Assembly (NCBI GenBank): GCA_003144275.1
Contig: NJBF01000020.1
Location: forward strand, 9,481-73,480
DNA: 64,000 nt
Direction of reading: 5' to 3'
Source: Candidatus Heimdallarchaeota archaeon B3_Heim
Lineage (GTDB): Archaea; Asgardarchaeota; Heimdallarchaeia; Hodarchaeales; Hodarchaeaceae
Shown here: positions 10,585-19,464 of the stretch, piece by piece
Layout: each line of letters opens with the position of its first letter
Position numbering within the stretch: position 1 is the first letter of the stretch
Notes under the pieces: generated by a model
The model's input: the letters and a program-made list of their open reading frames with translations, nothing else
Databases searched by the model: none
Told to the model about the DNA's origin: nothing
Translations under genes and position numbers: made by a program

Positions 10585-11460
10585 TTGAGTAATATTAGTA
10601 TTAACCTCTCAAAACAGGTATTTCTTCAAGGAGAATTAATTAAAGTAAAGATACGGTATCAAAATGAAGATATTCCTATGAAAGAAGGAAAATTATCTTT
10701 TGTCGGAACTGAAAAAGTCGAATTCAATATGCAATCATTTCTCGGGAAAAAAGGATTTCAACCTATTTGGGGAGTTTTTTTACCCAGTAGACATTTTACT
10801 GAAAAAATTGTTTTCTTAGATGAGAGTTATGATATAAATCACTCTGGAGGAGACACTGATGATATTGAAGTCGAAATTCCCACGAATGCTATTCCCTCCT
10901 ATTACGGTGATAATAGCAAAGTCTCATACTTCTTGAAAGTTGAATGCATGAATACTAATAATAAATTTATTCAAGAGGAAATAGAGATTTTGGTTGATCG
11001 AGATTATCAACCCGTACAAAAAGAAGCAACGATTAATATTGAGGATGGGACTCTTTCGTTATCTTATTCAGATCCATTGATTATTAATGCTGTGAACGTT
11101 GTTAACATCACTTCTCACAATTTAAAAATGACAAGCCCGATTCGTTTCTATTTGACAGGGGAAGAAACAGTCACAGCTTCAGGTGTTACTGTAAATAATA
11201 CATTAAAAAAATTGCCTTTAGGCCAAACTTTTGCAGAAGAAGATATTGAGAATTTTGCGATGGAGTTCAAAATTCCTACTAAATATCAGCATGGATATGA
11301 AGGATTGCAATCAAGGGTTGAATATAATATTGAGCTACACTACGTAGATATCCAAACTCGATTGGGGGTCAAGCGGGAAAAAATGAAAAAAATTGACCAA
11401 ATCGCGGTTCAAGTGGATGAAATGAAAACTCATACAAAAAGAAAAGGAGCAAACCTGTGA
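10585..11460 (+). CDS. Arrestin/Spo0M-like two-lobed beta-sandwich protein
   Basis: Each half starts with an arrestin-like signature (KQVFLQGELIKVKIRY; LIINAVNVVNITSHNLKMTSPIRFYLTGEETV) and ends with S-x-V-x-Y-x-L-x-V strands (SKVSYFLKVEC; SRVEYNIELHYVD). Separated by 8 bp from the ChlI-vWA gene. Confidence 0.4.
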   Translation: MSNISINLSKQVFLQGELIKVKIRYQNEDIPMKEGKLSFVGTEKVEFNMQSFLGKKGFQPIWGVFLPSRHFTEKIVFLDESYDINHSGGDTDDIEVEIPTNAIPSYYGDNSKVSYFLKVECMNTNNKFIQEEIEILVDRDYQPVQKEATINIEDGTLSLSYSDPLIINAVNVVNITSHNLKMTSPIRFYLTGEETVTASGVTVNNTLKKLPLGQTFAEEDIENFAMEFKIPTKYQHGYEGLQSRVEYNIELHYVDIQTRLGVKREKMKKIDQIAVQVDEMKTHTKRKGANL

Positions 11461-11491
11461 TGTCTGACAAGATTTTAATAACAGTTAAAAC

Positions 11492-11968
11492 TTGATATTT
11501 TTTTCTCAAGATGAGATGTTTCAGCGAATTTTTGTCCCAATTAAGGATAAAATCTTTACTTGGATCTTTAGGATACTAGTTCTAAGTGTTAGTTTATCAA
11601 TTATCAGTATTTTTGTGACAACTGATATTACTCAACTTGATACACCATTTCTAGATATCTTTATTTCTTCTTTTAGCAATTTTACTTTTTTTCTTGGACT
11701 CATTGCGATTGGTGCAGGTTTAGCAATTGCAATCTTCAAACGGTCTGAACTTACTATTGATGAACAATCCTCCAAGCAGGCGTTTAAACCAAAATATAGG
11801 AAGAAAACAGATAAAATAAAAAAGATATCTGGAAAAGACGAATCTCGAATAACCCCACCATTATTTTCCCCTAGAGAGATAATACTTCTTTCTAGTGGTG
11901 GTTTATCAATTTTGATTGGAATTCTATCTTGGTTAATTTATGCAATCATTGTGGGGTTATTTTTCTAA
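11492..11968 (+). CDS. Small membrane protein (3-4 TM), last gene of the operon
   Basis: Hydrophobic helices RILVLSVSLSIISIFV, FFLGLIAIGAGLAIAIF and LSILIGILSWLIYAIIVGLFF. Confidence 0.3.
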   Translation: MIFFSQDEMFQRIFVPIKDKIFTWIFRILVLSVSLSIISIFVTTDITQLDTPFLDIFISSFSNFTFFLGLIAIGAGLAIAIFKRSELTIDEQSSKQAFKPKYRKKTDKIKKISGKDESRITPPLFSPREIILLSSGGLSILIGILSWLIYAIIVGLFF

Positions 11969-12015
11969 TAAGCCTCAAGATAAGATAATCTCTCTATAAC
12001 ATACAGAAATATGTT

Positions 12016-12765
12016 TCAGGGCCGCATCAGAGAGAAAAGGATGAGAATTGGAATGGGTGATAAGCCTAGTGCGATAAGAACCGCGTATATACTATAAAAA
12101 TCTCTATTTTGATTGAGGAATGAATAGATGATGATAATTATTTTTTCAAATAATAGAATTAATAGAAAATTATGAAGAACCAAATCGAGAAAAGTTAACC
12201 ATTGAAAATCTATCTTTTCTGTGTTATATTTGGTATACCAAGGTGAAATATCCTGCAATCCCTCATCTAAAATGGTGATTGTTCTTCCCTCTTCTAAGTG
12301 AACTTCTACCCAAGCATGCCACTTACCAATAACAACATAACTATCATACCCTCTGAAAGTAAGAAGGGAACAGGCAACAATGGCCCTTCCATCGCAATCA
12401 TCCGACCCTCGGTTGAGAACTTCTGAAAGACTTGGACGATAGTCCCACGAAAGATAATTAGTGATATCTTCTCCATATTCTATTTCTTGAATGGTAAATC
12501 GTCCTACAGCATATATCTCAAGTTCGATTGGATCACTGGGAAAAGACGACAATGGAACGAATTCATTTGCATAATAGTCTTCAAATTTCGCATTAAACTC
12601 CTCAATTTGAGGATTATCGGGTTGTATGGTTTCGGTAAGGGCAATCCGATTACTAATTTGTCCTGGCCAAGCGAAGGGGTTCGGAGTAAATCCTGTAAAA
12701 AGGTAAATAACTGTAACGAGTCCCGCAACGATTAATTCTTTATGAGTAATTGTAAGGGATCCCAT
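12016..12765 (-). CDS. Transglutaminase-like (papain-fold Cys-His-Asp) domain protein, membrane anchored
   Basis: Core SDDCDGRAIVACSLLTFRGYDSYVVIGKWHAWVEVHLEEGRTITILDEG matches the transglutaminase-like C...H...D pattern. N- and C-terminal hydrophobic helices. Confidence 0.5.
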   Translation of the reverse strand: MGSLTITHKELIVAGLVTVIYLFTGFTPNPFAWPGQISNRIALTETIQPDNPQIEEFNAKFEDYYANEFVPLSSFPSDPIELEIYAVGRFTIQEIEYGEDITNYLSWDYRPSLSEVLNRGSDDCDGRAIVACSLLTFRGYDSYVVIGKWHAWVEVHLEEGRTITILDEGLQDISPWYTKYNTEKIDFQWLTFLDLVLHNFLLILLFEKIIIIIYSFLNQNRDFYSIYAVLIALGLSPIPILILFSLMRP

Positions 12766-12958
12766 TTTGATTCAACTAATATGAAAGGAATATTTTGACG
12801 GGGGTTTAAGATCTCAGATAGATAATAAAGGCACATAATCCATATAATAGCAGATTATTAAGTTTTATATAATTTTATACACTAATGCAATATTAATAGA
12901 TAATTTTTCAAAACTTCTCTTCGTTTTACAGAAGCAATGAATGAAATCTATCACCTAG

Positions 12959-14971
12959 TTATTTATCTACTTTATTCTCCCCTTTCTCTTTAGAAATTTC
13001 TCCATCTAGTATTTGAGAAATTTTCTCTTGAGCTGCTCTTCGTGAGGCAATAAATCGTTCTATCGAAACTTTTTCTAGTTTATCTGCCATTTCTTGGGTT
13101 AATAATCTTCGTGATGGAGTATTTTCCAACAATCTCCGGAATTTTCCTTGATAGTGGATTGTTGTAAGTAGTAAAGTCAACATTCCTATAAAAAAGATAG
13201 GAATTATATCATAAAACTCTGGTATATTACTGTAACGCACCAAACTACTGTCAAAACTAATAATACTGTTATAGAATGTTACAGCAAGAGAATAGGCCGA
13301 TATATAGTCCATTATATTATATGGTGCTAGAACTTTGAAGTACGATTCATTTATCGAATCAAGATATGCTTGTAAATTTCGATCATAGGCCTTAGTTTCG
13401 ATCACCGCAGAAGCTTGTAGGATTTTTGCCATTCCTGCTTGAAGAAGCATATCAATTTGCCCACGTTGAACGTTATCTTTTGAAAAAATACTAAATCGGG
13501 AAGAATGCGTATAATAAGTCATTGGATCGTTAACAAAATTGCCCAACATGCCAAATTGGAAAGGGTGCATCAATCCAATCTGATGGCCAGTTTCATGAAT
13601 AATTGTTTGAGTTAATCCTTGCAAAGGCTGTGGATTAGAACGGTTATTGCCAAGCATTATTCCATAATCTTGACTGATAATTGTCATTGGCCGATTTTCA
13701 GAGTCTTTCAAAGCTATTCCCACAAGACCAGGTTCCATTTTTGCTTTTTCAGGTATAGCAAAAGTAGCATTGTCGAATAGAAACGCAATTGTTTGAAAAT
13801 GTGTGGTAAAATAAGCTTGATGATCTTGTTCCATGTATCGGTGAGTATTCGTGTATAAATGCTCATATAAAGGTATAAGATCCACAGAATATTCCCAACG
13901 TGATTGTTGATCAAACTCTCCCCAAGGTACAATGGAATCCTGAACCTTTTGGTAGAGATCTGGAATCTCTGTTAAATTTATGAAACGAACAGAAACATTG
14001 ATATCCATCCAAGGTAACACATCCATAAATGTTTCTTTGATAAAGGAAGTATTAACAGTCCAATTAAGGGTTCCTGTGGGAATTCCAGTCATATTATTTA
14101 AGACCAAGATTTCAATTGAAAATTGCAATCCAGTACTTAAATCCCCAACAGGGGTTGGGGGAGCATAAACGAAATCTTGAACCCAAAGATTCCTTTCGAT
14201 CTCATAAATCCATTCACTCAAGTATTCTGCAAGTCTTTTCTTACCGTACTCTGTAGAAAAGTCATATAGCTTTTGCATATCCTGAATAGTACTATTTTGA
14301 CCACTATTTTGTAGAAGATAGGAATCTGCAGAGAGATCAAGATAGTAAAGCCGTTCCTGATCTCCATACCCAATCATGTAATTTCTATTAATCGATTCTC
14401 CAGAATCTGGGTCAATATATGTTGCATTATACCAATGATGCGGATATTGAGTATCATCGATATTTGTAAAATTTGCTAAAATTAACGTGTAGCCAGATGT
14501 TGGAGGAGGCCCTAAATAATTATTATAATTGGTAGATAGCCAGTCGAGTGTTAGATTTGCGGAAATATAACGACCTGTATCACTGGTACCATCAGAATGA
14601 TTTATAGTGTCAGGTTTAGCCGAATTATTAAAAAATGTATACAGTGCGGTGTTAAACTCGTTTGGAGCAAGCTCATATGAATGATTAATATAAAAGGTCT
14701 TATCTGTATACTCTTGATGAAAATAGTTGTAAACATTTCTACCCAAAAGCGAGTTACCTTGAGGAAAGCCTGGAAAACCGATGAGGGGAGAAATTATTGC
14801 GGGATCAAATCCAACGAATACGATACGAGATTCAATAGTACCAGAATCGTAAGGTGGATTTGGTAGAATAAAATATGAACCTTTTACGGTTCCAATATTT
14901 TGAGAAACCTGAAGAGATAATATAAGGACGTATAAAATAATCATTTTTTTAGTATATGTAGCCATTCTCAT
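12959..14971 (-). CDS. Secreted metzincin-like zinc metalloprotease with a C-terminal TM anchor
   Basis: N-terminal signal peptide. Extended zinc-binding motif HETGHQIGLMH (HExxHxxGxxH), rc at nt ~13553-13598. Many NxS/T sequons. C-terminal TM segment IIPIFFIGMLTLLLTTI. Confidence 0.5.
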   Translation of the reverse strand: MRMATYTKKMIILYVLILSLQVSQNIGTVKGSYFILPNPPYDSGTIESRIVFVGFDPAIISPLIGFPGFPQGNSLLGRNVYNYFHQEYTDKTFYINHSYELAPNEFNTALYTFFNNSAKPDTINHSDGTSDTGRYISANLTLDWLSTNYNNYLGPPPTSGYTLILANFTNIDDTQYPHHWYNATYIDPDSGESINRNYMIGYGDQERLYYLDLSADSYLLQNSGQNSTIQDMQKLYDFSTEYGKKRLAEYLSEWIYEIERNLWVQDFVYAPPTPVGDLSTGLQFSIEILVLNNMTGIPTGTLNWTVNTSFIKETFMDVLPWMDINVSVRFINLTEIPDLYQKVQDSIVPWGEFDQQSRWEYSVDLIPLYEHLYTNTHRYMEQDHQAYFTTHFQTIAFLFDNATFAIPEKAKMEPGLVGIALKDSENRPMTIISQDYGIMLGNNRSNPQPLQGLTQTIIHETGHQIGLMHPFQFGMLGNFVNDPMTYYTHSSRFSIFSKDNVQRGQIDMLLQAGMAKILQASAVIETKAYDRNLQAYLDSINESYFKVLAPYNIMDYISAYSLAVTFYNSIISFDSSLVRYSNIPEFYDIIPIFFIGMLTLLLTTIHYQGKFRRLLENTPSRRLLTQEMADKLEKVSIERFIASRRAAQEKISQILDGEISKEKGENKVDK

Positions 14972-15099
14972 TATTCCCTTTGATTTTCTGAGTTCATCTG
15001 TATATTATGAAAGGATTTGATCATTATATCAATAAGAGAACCCAGTCTAGGATCTCTGAAAAGCCTCACGATTGAGGTAATTTACAGCACCTTAGTCGC

Positions 15100-15150
15100 A
15101 TGATGATCCTAACACGCTAATTTTTTCTTATTAAGAAAAAAAAAAGAAGA
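15100..15150 (-). terminator. T-tract terminator candidate downstream of the opp operon
   Basis: The minus-strand sense reads GCTTTTTCTTCTTTTTTTTTTCTTAATAAG immediately after the stop of the last ATPase gene. Confidence 0.35.
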
Positions 15151-15155
15151 AAAAG

Positions 15156-16247
15156 CTAAAACTTGTAAGCAGTCTCCTCCAACGGAAAATGACATGCAAC
15201 AAAGTGATCTGGAGCAATTTCTTCCAATGGTGGTTCTTTTTGTGAACAAATAGCTTTTGCATACATACATCTTGTGGAAAAACGACACCCTGGAGGAGGG
15301 AAAACAGGACTAGGTACATCTCCTCTCAACACTAATCGGTTCATTTTCCTCTTTAGATTCAGACTCGGTACAGCAGAGATCAAGGCTTCTGTATACGGAT
15401 GACTTGGACTATGGAATAATTCCTCTGTTGGAGCTTTTTCAACGATTTTTCCTACGTACATTACCGCAACTTCTTGTGTAAGATGTCTAACTACTCCAAG
15501 ATCATGAGCTACAACTAGATATGTGAGATTAAACTCTTTTTGCAGATCTTGGAGTAGGTTAAGTATTTGTGCTTGAATCGATACATCTAATGCCGATACT
15601 GGCTCATCAGCGACAATAAATCTTGGATTGAGAGCAAGTGCTCTTGCCACTCCAATTCTTTGACGTTGACCACCCGAAAACTCATGAGGAAAACGATAAA
15701 AATGATCAGGGGCCAATCCAACCGTTTTTAAAAGATTAAAGACTATTTCAGATCGTTCAGTTGCATTTGCAACCCCATGAACTACTAAGGGTTCACCGAT
15801 AATGTCACCGACACTCATCCTGGGATCTAATGAGGAATAGGGGTCCTGAAAAATAATTTGCATATCTTTTCGGAGCTGTCGGAGTTTTCTACCTTTAAGC
15901 TTCGTGATATCCCTACCCTCAAATATAATCTGGCCATCAGTAGATTCATATAACCGTAGAATACAACGGGCAGCTGTAGTTTTTCCACAACCTGATTCTC
16001 CTACAAGGCCAAGTGTAGCTCCTTTTTTTATACTGAATGAAATATCATCTACAGCTCGAAGCGTGAGTGTATCCGAAGAAAAAAGACTTTTTGCAATCTG
16101 AAAATACATTTTTAGATTCTTAACTTCAATAATGTTTCCTGATTCGCTTGATTCAATCATATTCATTCCTTCTTTTAACTGTAAAGATGACATGATACAT
16201 AATGGCCTGGTTCGATTTCTACCGTGTTTGGATAAGATTCTCGACAT
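15156..16247 (-). CDS. Oligopeptide/dipeptide ABC transporter ATP-binding protein (OppF-like)
   Basis: Walker A GESGCGKTT, ABC signature LSGGQRQRIG, Walker B FIVADEP, and the C-terminal oligopeptide-transporter Cys/His region. The true start is probably the internal MSSLQ or MNMIESS, because the 5' end overlaps the upstream gene. Confidence 0.8.
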   Translation of the reverse strand: MSRILSKHGRNRTRPLCIMSSLQLKEGMNMIESSESGNIIEVKNLKMYFQIAKSLFSSDTLTLRAVDDISFSIKKGATLGLVGESGCGKTTAARCILRLYESTDGQIIFEGRDITKLKGRKLRQLRKDMQIIFQDPYSSLDPRMSVGDIIGEPLVVHGVANATERSEIVFNLLKTVGLAPDHFYRFPHEFSGGQRQRIGVARALALNPRFIVADEPVSALDVSIQAQILNLLQDLQKEFNLTYLVVAHDLGVVRHLTQEVAVMYVGKIVEKAPTEELFHSPSHPYTEALISAVPSLNLKRKMNRLVLRGDVPSPVFPPPGCRFSTRCMYAKAICSQKEPPLEEIAPDHFVACHFPLEETAYKF

Positions 16248-17158
16248 TTAGTCATTGCCTTCGAGCACCTAGGATGGAAAGGACAACCTGATGGTGGATT
16301 AATTAGATCTGGTACATCTCCTGGAATAGGCATAAGTCGTTCTCGTTTTTCTGTGATTTTAGGTATGGATGCATGTAATCCAATTGTATAGGGATGTTTT
16401 GGAGATTCAAAAATTTGTTCCACCTTCCCAAATTCACTTATTCTACCTGCATACATAACTGCAACCTTTGAACTAAGTTCAACAACAAGACCGAGGTTAT
16501 GAGTGATTAATATAAGCGATGTCTGTATTTCATCCATAAGTCTGGACATAATTTCTAGTATCTGAGCTTGAATAGTAACATCTAATGCGGTAGTCGGTTC
16601 ATCAGCAATTAAGAGACTGGGGTTACATGATAGTGCCATCGCAATTCCAACACGTTGTCGCATACCTCCACTTAACTGGTGAGGGTAGTTTTCAACGCGA
16701 TTTCTTGGATTTGGAAGACCCACCATACCAAAATAATCAATTACCTTTTCTAACACTTCATGTTTTGTCAGTTTTTGATGTAAGTCAATTGTTTCTGCTA
16801 CCTGTTCCCCAACGGTCAAAACTGGATTTAATGAAGTCATGGGATCTTGGAAAATCATAGAAATCCGATTACCCCGAATTGCTCTCATCTCACTCAAAGA
16901 AATTTGATTAGGACCAATCAATTCAATTCCATCGAATTCAACTACTCCACTTTCTATTTTTCCAGGTGGAGAAGGAATTAATCGCATCAGGGAAAGGGCA
17001 GAAACACTCTTTCCACAACCTGATTCTCCAACAAGCCCAAGGCTTTCACCACGGTTTATTGTGTAAGATACTCCATTAACTGCTTTTACTACTCCTTTTT
17101 TTGTATAAAAATACGTTCTAAGGTCATTTACATCAAGTAGTGTTCCATTTGTTGCCAT
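16175..17158 (-). CDS. Oligopeptide/dipeptide ABC transporter ATP-binding protein (OppD-like)
   Basis: Walker A GESGCGKS, signature [12 protein letters not shown], Walker [14 protein letters not shown]-terminal Opp-specific extension. Confidence 0.8.
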   Translation of the reverse strand: MATNGTLLDVNDLRTYFYTKKGVVKAVNGVSYTINRGESLGLVGESGCGKSVSALSLMRLIPSPPGKIESGVVEFDGIELIGPNQISLSEMRAIRGNRISMIFQDPMTSLNPVLTVGEQVAETIDLHQKLTKHEVLEKVIDYFGMVGLPNPRNRVENYPHQLSGGMRQRVGIAMALSCNPSLLIADEPTTALDVTIQAQILEIMSRLMDEIQTSLILITHNLGLVVELSSKVAVMYAGRISEFGKVEQIFESPKHPYTIGLHASIPKITEKRERLMPIPGDVPDLINPPSGCPFHPRCSKAMTKCRESYPNTVEIEPGHYVSCHLYS

Positions 17159-17160
17159 TA

Positions 17161-18126
17161 TTACACATCTCTTGTTCGGGGGTCTAGAACATCACGTAGC
17201 CAATCACCGAGTAGATTGAACCCTAATACTACAAGGAAAATTGCCAAACCAGGGAAAAACATATTCCATGGATAAATAAAGAATACTGATCTTGCTCTGT
17301 CCATATCTCCACCCCAATCTGGCACATTAGGTCGCGCACCCAAACCAATGAAGCTTAAACTGGCAGTGCTAGAAATAGCTCCACCAATTCCCATCGTGGC
17401 ATAAACCAATATGATTGGGAATACATTGGGAACAACATGCTTCACGATAATACGGGTTTCACTGGAGCCTGTTGCCCTTGCAGCATCTATAAAGTCCATT
17501 TCTCGAACTGCAAGTACAGATCCTCGGATGATACGCGCATAGCCTGGAATCCCCATAAAACCAATGAAAAACATGGCAATCAAAAGGGTATACTTTCCCC
17601 CTTCGTTCCAAGGTTGATCAGACAATGCAGCCACAATTATAAGAAGCATGAAGAAGCTAGGAATAGCCATCCACGCATCAACAATACGCATAATGATATT
17701 ATCGACTGTTCCGCCTAAGTAGCCTGATACTGCGCCTAAAGAAATACCTCCAAACAGGCCTACAGATATCGATATAAATCCAGCCCACATAGCACTTTGA
17801 GCACCATAGAGTATCCGTGAAAACACATCTTGTCCAGCCCAATCAGTCCCAAGAAGAATAGGGAAAGCGTTCTCTCCTGGTCCATCTGTCAAGGGAGGTG
17901 CATAGGACGGCATTCCATTTCTATAATCGTCCTCTGTGGGGTGATAAGGGGCAACGACAGGTGCAAACACGGCTACAAAAAAGAATACAACAATTATGAT
18001 AAATCCAATGGTTGCTGTCCAATTACTTGTGAGAGATTTAAAATATGCCCATAAACGATTACGAAATCGTCTTTCTCGTTTAACTTGAGCTACCAGTTCA
18101 TCTTGTGTAAGTGTACTCATACCCAT
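17161..18126 (-). CDS. Peptide ABC transporter permease (OppC/DppC-like)
   Basis: Multi-TM protein with a binding-protein-dependent transport EAA-like loop (IDAARATGSSETRIIVKHVVPN). Confidence 0.8.
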   Translation of the reverse strand: MGMSTLTQDELVAQVKRERRFRNRLWAYFKSLTSNWTATIGFIIIVVFFFVAVFAPVVAPYHPTEDDYRNGMPSYAPPLTDGPGENAFPILLGTDWAGQDVFSRILYGAQSAMWAGFISISVGLFGGISLGAVSGYLGGTVDNIIMRIVDAWMAIPSFFMLLIIVAALSDQPWNEGGKYTLLIAMFFIGFMGIPGYARIIRGSVLAVREMDFIDAARATGSSETRIIVKHVVPNVFPIILVYATMGIGGAISSTASLSFIGLGARPNVPDWGGDMDRARSVFFIYPWNMFFPGLAIFLVVLGFNLLGDWLRDVLDPRTRDV

Positions 18127-18143
18127 AACAGTTACCTCCGGAA

Positions 18144-19199
18144 TTAGCTATACCTGATCCGTGGATCAAGGAAAGCATAAGCAATATCCACCACGATGTT
18201 CATGAAAATGAGAAGTGATGAACTAAATAGAACAACACCCATGATAACAGGATAATTTCGAAGTAACAGGGCGTTATATCCATATCGTCCCATTCCTGGC
18301 CATGAAAAGATTGTTTCCATAATGACCGATCCACCAAATAAACCTGCGAGACTTAATCCGATAACAGTGACGACAGGAATCAGCGCGTTTTTTAATGCGT
18401 GTTTATAAATCACAACTTTTTCTGCTAATCCCTTTGATCTAGCGGTGGTAATATAATCCTGGCGAATAACTTCTAACATGCTAGATCTCGTGATACGAGC
18501 ATAAAAACCAGCGGAAGCAATTCCCATGGCTACGCCAGGTATTATGAGACGTCCCAATGGATTCGCATTATCACGCCATCCCATAGTTATGAATCCCCCA
18601 TGCAAGGAGTACATATCAATAGCGATTAGTTGAATTAATATAAATGCTAACCAGTATCCAGGTGTAGAATATAATGTCAAAGTTACAAATACAAGAACGC
18701 GATCAGTAGCCTGGTTATGTTTTATTGCCGAGATAATTCCCACAATTATTCCTGTTGAACAGGCAAATATCAATGCAGTGATTGCGAGCTGGAGAGTGGC
18801 GGGGAAAAGTATAAGCATTTCCTCAACGATTGGATTTCCGGATTCCCAATTTGTACCAAAATCACCTGTAGCCAGATGTGCAAGCCAAATCAAATACTGG
18901 ATCCATATAGGATGATTAAGACCTAAATCTTCTTTAACTTGTTCATAAGCTTCCATAGCTTCAAATAAGCTGTCACGGTCTTGATGTGCACCCTTTTGCA
19001 TCTCTGGATTTATTGCTCCTCCAAAAATCAAAGTTGCTGGATCACCAACCGCGAGAGAAGCAGAGGCGAAAGTAATCATAGTTATTACTATCAGGAGCAC
19101 TGGAGCAAGTAGTAGTCGTTTTATAATATATCCTTTTAATCCTGCCATTTTCAACATCATTCCATGGGTGAATAATAAGAAATAATGGTCTTTTAGCAA
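18144..19199 (-). CDS. Peptide ABC transporter permease (OppB/DppB-like)
   Basis: 6-TM permease with an EAA-like motif (YITTARSKGLAEKVVIYKHALKNALIP). Confidence 0.8.
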   Translation of the reverse strand: MLKDHYFLLFTHGMMLKMAGLKGYIIKRLLLAPVLLIVITMITFASASLAVGDPATLIFGGAINPEMQKGAHQDRDSLFEAMEAYEQVKEDLGLNHPIWIQYLIWLAHLATGDFGTNWESGNPIVEEMLILFPATLQLAITALIFACSTGIIVGIISAIKHNQATDRVLVFVTLTLYSTPGYWLAFILIQLIAIDMYSLHGGFITMGWRDNANPLGRLIIPGVAMGIASAGFYARITRSSMLEVIRQDYITTARSKGLAEKVVIYKHALKNALIPVVTVIGLSLAGLFGGSVIMETIFSWPGMGRYGYNALLLRNYPVIMGVVLFSSSLLIFMNIVVDIAYAFLDPRIRYS

Positions 19200-19414
19200 T
19201 CAAAACTCATGAAATGAATCTTCTCATATTCAAAAGACCACTTATTATTCGTAGAGAATTGATCAATGAATATTGCCACTATCCAAAACCTTATTAAAAC
19301 CTAAAATCTTCTGAGATGGTTCAAAAAGGTTTTTACTTAAATATTTCTCTTATCAAAAAAGTGATATCACGTATTGGAAGCCTATGTTATAGTTCCGAGT
19401 ATAAAATAGACATC

Positions 19415-19452
19415 TGACCAATGACAAGAAAAAAAAAGAAAAAAGGGGGGGG
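19415..19452 (-). terminator. Intra-operon T-tract terminator/attenuator candidate between the substrate-binding protein gene and the permease genes
   Basis: The minus-sense sequence after the oppA-like stop reads CCCCCCCC TTTTTT C TTTTTTTTT. On the plus strand this is an A9/A6/G8 homopolymer block. Confidence 0.4.
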
Positions 19453-19464
19453 TAGGTTGGAAAG

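Noticed and set aside
12487-12735. Short overlapping ORFs on both strands inside the transglutaminase-like gene (12487-12735 plus strand, 12504-12728 minus strand)
   Set aside because: They lie entirely within a better-supported CDS and have low-complexity translations.
16195-16230. tRNA-like T-arm string CTGGTTCGATTTCT
   Set aside because: It lies inside the overlapping OppD/OppF coding sequence. There is no acceptor or anticodon stem context.
19420-19452. Homopolymer block A9-G-A6-G8, considered as a CRISPR/repeat element or an assembly artefact
   Set aside because: It is a single occurrence with no spacer-repeat periodicity. It is better explained as a transcript-sense C-run/T-tract terminator inside the opp operon.
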